Shown one piece after another: positions 47,702 through 60,195 of a DNA stretch of 64,000 bases (position 1 is its first letter; each line of letters opens with the position of its first letter). Position numbers and translations under genes: made by a program. The notes under the pieces are model-generated. The model was given only the letters and a program-made list of their open reading frames with translations, searched no databases and was not told the origin of the DNA. The stretch lies in the NCBI GenBank assembly GCA_003971905.1, contig RSEE01000004.1, positions 744,001 to 808,000 of the forward strand, in the 5' to 3' direction. Source of the stretch: Moniliella sp. 'wahieum'. Lineage: Eukaryota.

Positions 47702-47750
47702 TCTCACATCTCACAGATCTCACATCTCACAGATCTCACATCTCACAGAC
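47702..47750. repeat. 16-bp tandem repeat (TCTCACATCTCACAGA) x3
   Basis: tctcacatctcacagatctcacatctcacagatctcacatctcacagac read directly. Confidence 0.9.
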
Positions 47751-48151
47751 GGGTCTCACCGGTGACTGATCACCGGCCACCTCAGATCTCACACCCGCGA
47801 TCTGACGCGGGACGCAGGTGACCGGTGACGGGTGATGGATGAGATCGATGAGATCGATGAGCAACTGAGTACTGAGTCAGTACTGACGCAGATGCGGCAC
47901 CGAGGCTGAAATTGCAGTTGGACTGACACTGGTCCTGTGCGGCAGACTTGGCCATCGGCACGCTGGACCGGCCGGCACCTGGCCGCTCTTATTTCCACAG
48001 CCACTCTGTCCTGCCGCCTTGAAGCGTCAAGCTTCAGCTCAGCCTGGTGCTCATCTTCATCTGGGGAGCTCCAGCGCCGTTTTCTCCCCCGCCACCTCCA
48101 CCCCCCCCTCTGCCCGCCCGCCCTCCTTCCTGGCGCCAGAGCCCCCGTCCC

Positions 48152-51100
48152 ATGTCCGCTGACGTTGCGCACGCAACCGATGCCGGGCTCATGCCTCCCC
48201 CGGCATTTGCCCCCCCTCCCGCCCCAGCAGCCTCGGCTGCAGCCCCTGCTTCTGCCCCAGCTCCCGCAGCTGCGTCCTCACCACCCTCTCCTGCGCCGCC
48301 GTCCCAGTCCCTGGCAATGCCCCCCCACACCCCTTCTTCCAGCCCACGCCTCACTGCCCGGAGGCCGCGTTCCCCATTCTTCCGTTCCCCTCGCCCCTTT
48401 GCCCGGCTGCACCCCGCCCAGGCCTCGGACCCCCCCGCTCCGAGCTCGGATGCCGACAAGAGTGCCGTTGCCAGTCCACACGGGCCCACTCCTGCCTCAC
48501 CCACGCCACCCCAATCAACCAGCCATTCTCCGCACCACCACCGCCTCCCGCTTGGTCTCTGGGCTCGCCCTGGCGACTCCCAGCCCGAGACAGGCATTGG
48601 GTCTGGCCGTTCACTCCGTCCATTGGGCCGGACAGGCGACGAGGTGGATCCTGTCACAGCGGCTCAGATTTCATCCATTCGCTCTGCGCTTCATGCTCCG
48701 TCCCAGACCGTCCGGGTCATGGATGCGGAGACTGGGGAAGTCTTTGATCTCCACCTCAACCGCTCAGACCCGTACGCCATCCCTACCGCCACCAGGCCTC
48801 AGCGACCGGCCAGCCTTCCGCCTCCTTCTCCCCCCTTTGGGTCTCGTGAACCTTCCCCCAAACCTTCGCGACCTGTCATTGCTAAGGAACAATCGCGTGC
48901 CGCTACCCCCAAATTCCCCTCCACCGCCACCCCACCCACCTGCGTCTTCCATCCCCTTGGCTGGAAGTGCCACGCCTGCCTCGGTTGGACCCGATACCTC
49001 CCCTGCTTCCGCGAAGGCGTCCCTTCTTCTTCAGTGTCTCCGTCTCCACGGGCAAACCAAGCTTTGACCATGCTGGGGTCTGCTGGGCCTCAAGACCCGT
49101 CCTTGACGAGCGGATGGCCTTCTTTTTCCAGTTCTTCGACACAGGATGGGGCGTCCGCCCAGCCCACGCCTCGACTCAAGAAATTATCATGGGCTATGGC
49201 ACGGCCCAAGTCGCGCAATCACAGTCGCGCCCGCTCTGATGCTGTTGATGGCCACTTGGATGCATTCCCTCATCAATCCAGCGATACTGACGATGAGAGC
49301 ATCGCTTCTCGAGGCGCAGCCGCTCGATCTATGGTACCGGACTTGCGTTCGGTTGAGGCGGCACAACTTGAGGAGGAGGGCAACCTACGCCACCTCTTGT
49401 ATTATCCTAGGTCTTCTCGTTCTCATCCATCTCAGCCCGTGGAGCCTGATGCGGCACTAGAATCTAGGCCTGACCAGTCCCCTACTGGTCCCGAACTCCC
49501 CCAACACGAACCCAATCTACCCGCTGAGCCTCATCAACCTTCCGATGTCCCGAGCACTTCCCCACAGCCTGACCGGAAGGTTGTGAACGGGGACCTGACA
49601 CCTGCCGTGCCTGTTTCCCAGGAGCACCAGGCACCATATTCCTCTGTTCCGTCCAGTCACTCCCAGGGGAAGGAGGGAGAAACTGCGCAACCGGATATGG
49701 AGAAGGACGAGACACGCCGCGAACCCACACGACTCTACACGGCCTTAGAGGAACCTTTAGTGCTTACTTCGCGCTCCGAGTCTACCGAATCTGCCCCGGC
49801 AGGGCTGAGATCAACCCGCAATGAGCTCGAGGGGGGCATTGGGAGAGCGACAAGCAGTCCGGCCCCTTCTTCCCGTCCTTTAGCTCATCCGATCGCCCGC
49901 CATGGAGGATTGATCCTCAACGGCCTGAACCCACCGAGGCCATCAATTCATCAGCGAAGCGATTCGGGGATTAGCACCCAAAGTGGCGAGACGACGTACT
50001 CGACGGCCAGTGAAAGCGTCTCTCAACGCAGCTCAAATGAGGACACCATTCCCGAATCCCCGTCCATGTCGCCACTGGGGCTGTCAGGTACTGAATCGTC
50101 CCCCAAGTCAGCCAACTCGGGCTTGGGTACAGGGTTCGATGACATCAACCGTGGGAATTCTTCAACCACCTCTCCTGCTACTGCATCTACCCTTCGTTCA
50201 TCTCACTTGAAACAGCATCCCCAGATCTCCGAGAAACAACCAACCTTCCTCATCTGCGGAGCTCAACGACTCACTCCAAGCGGGGCCGGGGCTTGAGACT
50301 GTTCCTCTCCATCCTCTTTCAACTGCTCCTCTTCAGAGGCGGGCCAGACGTTTCCGCGACCGGGTTGCGCGATTGATTCTTCTTCTAATGAGGCAGGCAC
50401 TAAGGCACCGCAGGTTCCAGCCTCCACGGCTAAAGTGGGATCGGGTCCCAGCAACGCACCCCCGACCGCCACTCCATCTAAGTTGCCTCCTGTTCCCGCA
50501 TCGATCCAGGCCGCACCCATGCCGTCTGCTTCCAATGCTCCTGTCCACCTACTCCCTCCTGCTCGTGCTCAGCGAATGGCGTCAGTGGGCACAGTGAGTG
50601 AAGCAATTCTGTCACCCACTTCTTCCTCTGGTTCGGCGGGCGCAGGATCGTTTCCACGGTTCATGCCAGTAAGAGGCTCAACGTTGATGTCGACGGGGCC
50701 AGGGGCGCAGCACGCTGGTCACCCTCCATTGTCGACAATCTGCACTGGCGATGCGGCGTTTGATCAGGAGGCCAACAAGAACGCGGAACGACTGCGCCGC
50801 CAGCGGCGCGCCAAGACGGAATCGGACGATGCTCAATCCCCCATCTCGCCCATCTCGCCCGATGCGTCATCGTTTGCCCCTCCTGCTGTCGACAGTACAC
50901 CTACCGCCGAGATTCCGAGTTTGCGCCGCGGCTGGTCTCGGTCGCCAGCGAGCGAGGTCCCCCCATCTCGAGCGCTCCTGCCGGCCGGCGTCCATGGCTC
51001 GCCCGTTTATCCTTCACCCCACTTGAGCCCCACCGCTGATTCTCCGCCAACCGCGCCCAACACGGACCCCCGCTCCCACCCGGCTGTGGGCAAGATCATT

Positions 51101-52573
51101 GATGAGTCCCATGCCAACTATGTACTCATGTACAACATGCTTACGGGCATTCGCATTGCCGTCTCGCGGTGCGAAGCCAAGCCTAGGCGCCCCTTGACTG
51201 CCAGCGACTACAAAGCACGGCACAAGTTTACGTTTGATATGTACGTCAGTGCCCTCTCTCCCTCCCCCCTGCCTTGGCCCGTGACTGATTTGATGTGACT
51301 TGCAGTGTGGGGAATGAACTAGCTCCAAAGTCCAACTACGATTTTCGGTTCAAGACGTACTGCAGCGAAGTATTCCGTGACTTGCGAGCACTCTTTCACC
51401 TCGACACAGCCGATTATCTCTTATCGCTCACGTCGCAGTACATTCTCTCCGAACTTGGATCTCCTGGCAAGAGTGGTTCGTTCTTTTATTTCAGCGGAGA
51501 CTATCGGTTTATCATCAAGACCATCCGCCACTCTGAGCAAAAGTTTTTGTTGCGTATCCTTCCTGCTTACCATGAACATGTGCGCAAGAACCCCCACACC
51601 CTTCTCAGCCGCTTCTACGGTCTCCATCGCGTCCAGTTGCCCCATGGCAAGAAGATCCACTTTGTCATCATGAACAACCTCTTCCCGCCTCACCGTGACA
51701 TTCACGAGACGTATGACCTGAAGGGATCTCTTGTCGGACGCGAGTACCCCGAGTGGAAGGCAGCAGCGAAAAAGGGGGCGACGCTCAAAGACATCAATTG
51801 GCTTCGACGCCAGCGCACCATTGAACTTGGGCCGGATAAGAACAAGCTGTTCCAGGCGCAGTTACGGTCGGACGTGGGCCTGCTGCAGCGACTGAACGTG
51901 ATGGATTACAGTTTGCTGATTGGTTTGCATGATTTGCGCAAGGGTAACTCGCAAAACTTGCGACAAGAGAAGCTCACGCTCTTCCAACCTCATCCGCTGT
52001 CTCCGGCCGAATCGGCTTCGGCCAATCTCATGACGCGCACCGCGAGCCGTCCGCTCAAACGTGGTCCCGACGCTACAGCGTTACGGCAAGCAGTGCAACG
52101 CTCTGATCCTCGTAGCTTTGACCATGCCGACCGCCAACTTCCCGACAAGGATGGCCGAGAACGACTGTACTGCGTCTTTTACCAAGAGGAAGGCGGCTTC
52201 CGGTCGACATCGTCCGTCGACAATCAGCCAGGCGACTGGATCTACTACATGGGTGTCATTGACCTCTTTACGCCCTACACACTTTTCCAAACGAGCCGAG
52301 CACATCTTCAAAAGTGTCGCTTACGATCGTCACATGATCAGTCCGGTGGCACCCAAGGAATATGGCAAACGGTTCCTCCGCTTTATGCGGACCATCAGCG
52401 ATCCTCAAGGCGTCTGGCCCGGATGGCGCCACCAAGCTCATTTGGCCGAGAAACGAATGGAAAAGCCTCCGCCCGAACTGGCCGGGGAGGAGAAACATGC
52501 GATCGAGGTTGTGGAATCCGCGCTCGCCTGTCCTCCCGCGGGGGCGACCTTGACAATTAACATTGACAATTGA
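48152..52573 (+). CDS. MSS4: Phosphatidylinositol-4-phosphate 5-kinase (Mss4/Its3)
   Basis: NYVLMYNMLTGIRIAVSRC, LSELGSPGKSGSFFYFS, FIIKTI, YDLKGS, LKDINW, MDYSLLIG, YYMGVIDLFTPY. Intron 51241-51305. Preceded by ~950 aa of Pro/Ser-rich disordered sequence. Confidence 0.93.
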
Positions 52574-53500
52574 CAAAGCGCGCCGAGGTAGGTTGGTCCA
52601 AGGCCATCCTACCATGCGCTTGTCTTCCTCGCGTCCTCACCACCACCTTTGGTCTTGCGTGGTAGCGCGAACGAGCACAAGTTATTGGGTTGGCGAGGGG
52701 CGTTAACCTTAAAGTCTGCTTTCTTCCTTGAAGTGTCCTTTCGTTTCGTTCGTGTTCTGCCCCCTTTTGGGTGGTCCTTCCTTCTGTCCTTCTTTTTTCT
52801 CCCCCGCGCTCCTTCATGCACTTCCCCCCCTCCTCCCTCCCAAGCCTCATCTTTTTTGCCTGTACCAACCGCATCTTCCCCTATCGTTCTTCATACTCTA
52901 CTGCTCTTACCATTCATTACCTTGACTCTTTTTTGCCTGATTATTTTTTCTATATCTTTTCCCATTAGCAGCACGTCTTCTTCTGCTTCTCTGCCAGCCC
53001 TTTTGCTTGACCAAACGTGTACGCATATCCCTCCACATTGCGCCCGCTGGCCTGCGCATGAACTATCGACTACCCCGCACGCGTGCCAACGTACTTGCAT
53101 ACACGGCCCCCACTTCCCGGTAACCGGTAACCTCACTCGGCAGGGTCGGGGTGTGGGTGTGCTGGCGCTCCACATGGACCGTGCAACCCGCAACAAGCAA
53201 CGGGCCGCCGAAACTTTTTTTCAACGGCGTACGTGTGGGGTACAGACAACGCTGCCGGCGTCCCCTTAGGCGCAAGTATTGTGGGCCTATGGATGCGCGG
53301 ACACTGAAGCGTTCGGCTCAGACGCAAGGGGGCGTGGCTGAGCATGGTATGGATGGAGGATGGAGGCAGAGTGAAACGAGACGCATTGGATCCAATTGCA
53401 TGGGCAAGAAATATGGGGAGACCGCGGACCGTAGGTCCGTCCCCTTTGGGTTGTTTGCCTTGCCCTCTGCTGCGTCGATCTGGCATGGGACACAGATGGT

Positions 53501-53540
53501 GTGACATGTGCATGTGACATGTGACATGTGACATGTGACA
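53501..53540. repeat. (GTGACAT)n 7-bp microsatellite
   Basis: gtgacatgtgcatgtgacatgtgacatgtgacatgtgaca read directly. Confidence 0.9.
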
Positions 53541-54624
53541 CGATATGTGGCGCACCTTCGACGCTGGACCCTTCTTTGGGGCCAAGGTGTGATTTTCGAT
53601 CCATTTTTGCCATGATCGATTCTCGACCTTTCTCGACCCATTATCTGCATTATCAATCGAAAGCTGAGCGTGCTGAAGCTCGCGAGGCTGGGGGAAGTGT
53701 GCCGGGGCGTTTCGTGGTGTTGCGTTTGGTCGGAAGGAATCTGCGAGAAAAGGAGTTGCTAGTTGCATGACGCGCAACTGCCCCCTCTGTTGGGCTTGCC
53801 GCACAGGGTGCCCTGGTGTGTTGATGCCTGCGATGCATGATGATACCATGGGCTGGCCAAGCCCTGCCAAGCTCCTGGAGCGGCTATGCTGCGTGACGCG
53901 TGAAGCTCACACTTGCGAAGCTATGACTCCAATGCTCGCCTTGCTCCTCGGTCCGACTCGATGGCCTGAAACTCAGAGGTCTGATCTAGCGCGCGTAGGC
54001 GCCTGTGTCCGTCGCGGCACTGTCCCAGCTCTTTTTCTCTGTCCTGCCCGACGATGGGGTTGCGTCATACATCGTGCTCCATAGTTTTCTGCACCGTGCA
54101 CGTTCGCGTGGAAACGAGAAGATGCCCCCGGCGGGCAAAGCAAACACCAAGGTGTGGTGGTAGAGACACGAGCCACAGACGTCCCATAGTACAGTAGCTA
54201 TCCGCCGTGCGGACAAGCAAGGCCCGGGAAATCCCCGTCGGTGCCACCAACTTCCCTGGATCTTTTCAAGCCCTCTTCTCGTGTGCGGGCGCAAGCTTCT
54301 GCTTCTATTGAGTCTATCGGGAGGATCTACGAAAAAAGTACCCATAGAGGCTGAATATCATGAACGGTGTGCATCGCAAACGGTGGCATTTGACAATAGA
54401 TAAGCAAGTATAGTCGTGGTGAGGCGCGGCCCCTTCCTGTTACCAACCCGACCAGGACAAGCACGAGCGGGTAAATGATACAGACAGCAAGCGAGAAACT
54501 GAGGCACACATCCAAACAGAGGATGCCCATCATATTTAGTTGGCTTTGAGAGCGGAAGTGGTGGAAGTAGACGGGTAGGCAAGGGGAAACGAGGATGTGG
54601 GGCGGGGGGGCCATCGTGGGTACC

Positions 54625-55740
54625 TTACCACCCAGACTGGTACAGCAGCGGGACGGGGAACACGTCGTTCTCATCCTCCATCTGCGCCAGTGGCTTGCGC
54701 AGCATCGAGCGCCCTCGTGAAGCACCCGGGCTGAGTTCCTCCGAGGTGCGGTGCGAGGGGGAACAGGGGGGCACAGACGCGGAGCTGAAGCAAAGCCGAG
54801 AGGGGTCGGCTTACAAGGGCTCCCGCTTGCCATCGTACGCGGAATGTGCCTGCGTGCGGTGGAGACAAAAGGGATAGGAGAGGTAGGCGCGGTGGACGAC
54901 CGCACTGGGAGCGGTGCCTTGCGCTGAGGGGGTTGGACCTTGCTCTCCTCATCCAGTTCCATCTCAAATACATCTCCTTCCTCCACGGGGGACGCACGCA
55001 TTGGCTCGTGGCCCCATGCCCAAGCAGATACCGACTGGGTCGGCGAGCACGGCAGGCTCGTTTTGTTCGTCCGTCGCTGCTGAGCTGGACCGGAGGGAAG
55101 AACGGGAGGGAACGCGAATGGGAGCGGCGCTTGCCATGTGGCCAAATGCACGAGCTGGGGGCGATGTGCGATCTGGGTCCCGACCCCGAACCTTGCTGGT
55201 TCTGCGCCCCATACTGCGACCACGGCTTTCCATGCGGTGGGTAAGCGAAGTGTGCTGGACGCGAGAGGGCGACGATCCAAAGACGAGCGGGTCAAGAGGC
55301 GTGGCAACGGACGAGTCTGGACAAGGGTTAGGCTCGCGATCGGACAGATGCATGCGGTGGAATCGCCACGTACCATCTTCAGGAGTTGAGGACGTGGCCG
55401 ACGCTGGCGGCGAGAGTGAAAGGCTCGGTGAGCGGGAAACGTGGGCGGAGCTGGTGCGCGGCGCGCGGGGCACAGGTACAGCCATGGCCATGGACGCAGA
55501 CAAAGTGCCCATAGACTCGGACAGGGGACAGGTACTGGCTACCGATCCTGCGGGCCAAGCGGTGGCCGTAGCGACGGACAGGGTGGCGCTGGCGCCGGGG
55601 GCCTTGCAGTGGGCGCTGGGCCCGCGGCGGGAGAGAGGCGGAAGCATGAGGCGGCTGGTGCTGGGGGCGGAGGTGCACAAGTGGGCGGGGCTGAGCTGGA
55701 ACGGGTGGCCGTGGGCGGGGGCAGTGCGAGAGAGAGCCAT
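54625..55740 (-). CDS. Orphan Ser/Pro/Arg-rich disordered protein
   Basis: ATG at 55740 after a C-rich leader. ORFs 54964..56097 and 54327..55376 join by frameshift. Likely ends MEDENDVFPVPLLYQSGW-stop. Confidence 0.55.
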
Positions 55741-57520
55741 GGCGGTGGTGGGGGTGGGGCTGGACTGGGACTGGCTATTGGTGCATGGAGGAGGGGTGGG
55801 GGTCAGAAAGCAAGGCGGGCGGGGAGGTCTATATCTCTCCGCCCCAACCGGCGTTAGCTGCAGGGGCGGCGCGCTGCATGCGGCGCACGTGTTGGCCGCC
55901 CAGGCACAGCCGCGCACTACGCAATGCGTGCGAATGACTCGACTGCTGATGCAATTTTTTTCTCGCCATCCGCCGCCGATCCAACCGGTGGCGTGTTTCC
56001 TGGCACGCGTGACCACCGATACTGACCCGTGATCATGACTCCTACTGGTCACCGATCCAGGTGGCCATCTCAGATAGCATCGACATCCATCATCCATCCA
56101 TCACGCCCCCCTCAAGCTGGCACATCGATGGATCGATGGATGATTGGTCCTAACGGGCGGCAGAAGACGGCAGATGGCGCCATGCCACGCAATTGTCCGG
56201 CCACGGATGGATCGCCTATCCCATCGGCCCTCTCCCCAGTCAGGCTGCCGCGGGCGTGTCGGAGGTCTTCGCGCGCCGGAGGCCCGCGCGTGCCCGAAGA
56301 GTAGTCAGCTAATTTCCCTCAATTGCTCAGTACCCAGTGGCGCGCTCCGCTTGCCATATCTGATGGATCCGAAGCACCCCGATCAACACCATCTCGCATC
56401 TCTTTCCCATCGATCATCGATGGATCCCGCCAAAGCGCACCAATGCATGATGCCATCGTCTCAGGCATCTGCGCTCTGCGCAACTATCAACCGATGTGTG
56501 CATTGCATCAGACAGACCATATTCGCGTCCGGTCGGAGTACTCAAGACGGAGTACTGAGCGCCTGAGCGGTGCTCATGCGCTCATTGAATCTTGAATCTT
56601 GATCATCGATCATTCCCCCCTCCTTTTCCGCCACACACCCTCCAGACCTTTCGTCCGTTTTTTTTCCGATCCGCTCGTAGCTGCTAGTTGCCCGGGTTAC
56701 CAAGTTGCCTGATCGGTCGCACCGGGACGCCCCCTGCCCGCCTGATGATCGGGTGTTCGTTGCATCTTGGGGGCAGTATCGAGTATGGCCTTGGCGCTGT
56801 CAGAGGCATAGCTCCCAAACCAGTTGGGCCATGGAGATTGAAGATGCAAAAAACCGGGACGCGATGACTCGATGACCGGAGAAGACCGATGTGCGGAGTC
56901 CAGATAATCGCCAACCCCGCATGTGACGTAAGCTCAGATAATCGACAATCGATAAAGCCCCGAGCGCATTACATAACCCAGTGTGTCCTGGGCACCTGCG
57001 TGGCTGTAGGGGTGCGCCGGCCTGGCAAGGTGAATTTCAACGTTCAAGTTGAATGTTGAACGTTCAATGAATACGGCAACCGAGCAGTTTCGTTCCCCAC
57101 GTGCCGGCCCCTGCTTGCTTGTGCAGCTTGTCTGGTGCAGCCGCAAGGGTGCGAGCCATTGAACGTTGCAACCAGGAAAGAGACTGCCCCCGTGCGGATA
57201 GTCTGGGCGGCGCCGCTCGCGGGGTTAGCCGCCAGCTGCCCCGCCACCTCGTTCTGCGCCACGCGACAGTCCGGGGCCATGGAGCATGCATGCACGGAGT
57301 GGCGACCGTGCATAGCAGAGACCATCGCCGGGGAACTGCCTAATCGGGGCGCCAGTCCAGAACACCCCGCCGCGTCCCGGGCATAGCGGGGGGAGGAGAG
57401 GCGGCCTGGCGATGCGCCCGACAGCCCGCTCCTTCTTGCGTTCCCCCATCTTCTCCTGCCCGTCCCCGCCTCCTCCCTCGTGTGCCTGCCCACTCCGCCT
57501 CTCCGGCTGTTGCGTCACCA

Positions 57521-59593
57521 ATGACACCCGCCCGCGACGATACGCCAGGTGCCTCCCTGAGCACTCTTGTCCACCTTGGCACCCACGACCCCTCCGATGC
57601 CGTCTCCGATACCTTGGCTGGGACTCCGGCTCTGCCATCCTCCGCCCACCCCTCCCTCCCGCATCACCACCGCTATCCGTCTACGGTGCGTTCGGAGGAC
57701 GAGGACAACCCGCGCTTGGTTGAGTCACCTGGGCACGATGTGGAGCGTCAGATGGACGAGGAGGTGGCGTTGGAACGTGTTCGGAGCGGGGAGAGCGTCT
57801 TAACTGCCTCCAGTCTTTCTAGGCCTCGTGGCAGGCTGACACGCCTGCCTTCCGTCGCATCCGGCGTCCAGGCCAAGCTGCTGAACAAGGGCATGCCCGA
57901 TTCGAACCAAGACGTGCAGCTGTCGCTGGAAAAGGAGATGGCGCAGCATGAAGCTGAGGAGGATCCCAACCTAGTCACTTGGGACAGTCCCAACTCGCGC
58001 GAGAACCCACGCAACTGGCCGTATGTGAGGAAATTATTGTGCGCCACCACGGTTGCTCTCTACTCTTTCCTTTCGCCCCTTTCTTCCTCGGTTGTCGCGC
58101 CAGCGCTCGACCAGATTGCGTTGGACCTAAACATTCACAACAAAGCGGAAGTCGATATGGCGCTCTCGGTCTTTGTGTTGGCCTATGGATTCGGTACGTC
58201 GTCTTGTCTTTCTCCATCCCGTCCCACGCCCCTCTCATACCTACTGATATCGGTTGCCCTGGCGCATGCCACTCATCCCCCCCCTCTTGCAGGTCCCTTT
58301 CTGGTCGCCTTGTCAGAGATCTACGGCCGAAGACCGATCTTGGTCAGTGGCAATCTCATGTTTCTCGCCTTCAACCTGGGAACTTCCTTTGCCCACAAGG
58401 GTACCGGTGTATCGGGCAAAGTGCAGATGATGGTCCTTCGGTTCCTCGCTGGATTCGGAGGCAGCGCACCTCTTGTTCTCGGCGGGGCCACCGTGGCCGA
58501 TCTGTTTGTACCAGCCCAGCGAGGGACAGCAATGAGCATTTACACGGCTGCGCCGGTCCTTGCTCCAGCTCTGGGGCCCTTGCTTGGTGGCTGGATAGCA
58601 GACCGGTTGTCAGGTCCCTACAGCTGGAGGGTGTCACTCTGGGCCACCTCGGCTTTTTCCGCCTTGGTCGCCACAGTGGGCTTTTTGTGTTGCCCGAGAC
58701 GTACCAGCCACGGATCCTGCATGTCAAGTGCGAAAAGCTCAAGCGCCAGACGGGCAACGACAAGCTCTACACTGCGTTTAGCACCGTAGAGTTGTCCAAC
58801 AAGGAACGCATTCGGCGCGCCATGGTCCGGCCTTACTTGATGCTTGGTTCAGAGGTGATCCTGATGGCGCTGGCCGTGGCCATGGTAATCTTATATGGGT
58901 GTTTCTATACTGCGCTTACCAGCTACGAACAGATCTTTAAGCATATTTACCACCAGAGTACCGGCATTGCCGGGCTCAACTACCTTGCCATCTTTTTGGG
59001 GTGCTCGATTGGCGGGCAAATTGGGGGCGAGCGGTTGATATCGTTTACTGTCGTCTGACCGAACACAACGGGGGGGTGCGGCAGCCAGAGTTCAAACTTC
59101 CCGTCTTTATGATCGGCGCCATTCTTTTCCCTATTGGATTGATTATGTATGGGTTTAGCGCCCAATATCATGCCTTTTGGTTAGTGCCCGACATTGGTGC
59201 TGTTATCTTTGCGTTTGGCAACTTCGTCTGCATTTTGGCTCTGCAAACGTGTACGTACCTTGCTTCCCTTTCTCTTTCTCTATTGGGTTTGTGACTAAGG
59301 ACTGACATCTTTGATGCGCTGGGGTTTGGGGGGTAGACGCTGTCGACTGCTACAGCATCTTTTCGGCCTCGGCCCTTGCTTCCCTCTGGCACGTTCGTGG
59401 TATGGCGGGTTTTGGGTTCCCGCTTTTTTCGGTCTACATGTACGATGCGCTCGGGTATGGGTGGGGCAATGGGTTGGTCGCGCTCATTTTTGCCATTGTG
59501 GGTCTGCCCACTCCGTTTGTGTTTTACAAGTACGGCCCGTGGCTCCGCCAACGAAGCAAGTATCATCGCGCGGCCATGAAGGCAGGTATCTAG
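57521..59593 (+). CDS. MFS transporter, DHA1 (drug:H+ antiporter / polyamine) family
   Basis: VTWDSPNSRENPRNW, LSEIYGRR, RFLAGFGGSAPL, ADLFVPAQRG, GPLLGGWI, PETY, PEFKLP, GFGFPLF, YGPWLRQRSKY. Introns ~58194-58292 and ~59252-59336. Confidence 0.93.
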
Positions 59594-60195
59594 TCTTGCA
59601 CTCTCTGTGTCCTGGGACGGAACGTTTACCAGGGACATCGACCCTCTCTTTTTTATTCGTGCTCGGTTTGTAAGAGCTATGCGTGTTTCCCTTCTTTACC
59701 TCCATTACTACCCGTGTGTCCTTCTTTTCGATTTTCGATCTTTTGCGTCTGGTACGTTACACGTACCACGAACTTGTGCGCGGGATGTAGGCGCTGCAAG
59801 CCTTAGTTTGTAGCAATCTTGCCGCCCTATGTGCACTGGATTGCACCTTCTGTGAGCGGTGAGCCGCCGCTCTTGACAGTGCAAAGTGGAGGGGACTACT
59901 TTTGTTCGTAAGGCCTTGGAAGAGCCCGTGCCCATGTGGAGTCGTGCCGTGCCGAGCGCACAGGAGGGGGCGGGACACGTGAGTCGGATGCGAACATTTC
60001 AACCGCCAGCGGACACCTGGTACATCAGCAGCGGAACGGGCGGAAGAGCCGGCGGGCGGGACCGGGAGGGCCGGGCGGGACCGGGCGGAATACGCGGTCC
60101 GCACGGACTCGGGCCAGCTGAGATCTTCTGGCTGGCAACACCAGCGGACGCGCCCTGCTCCCCACGACGCTGGACGCTGGACGCTGAAGGTGGCG

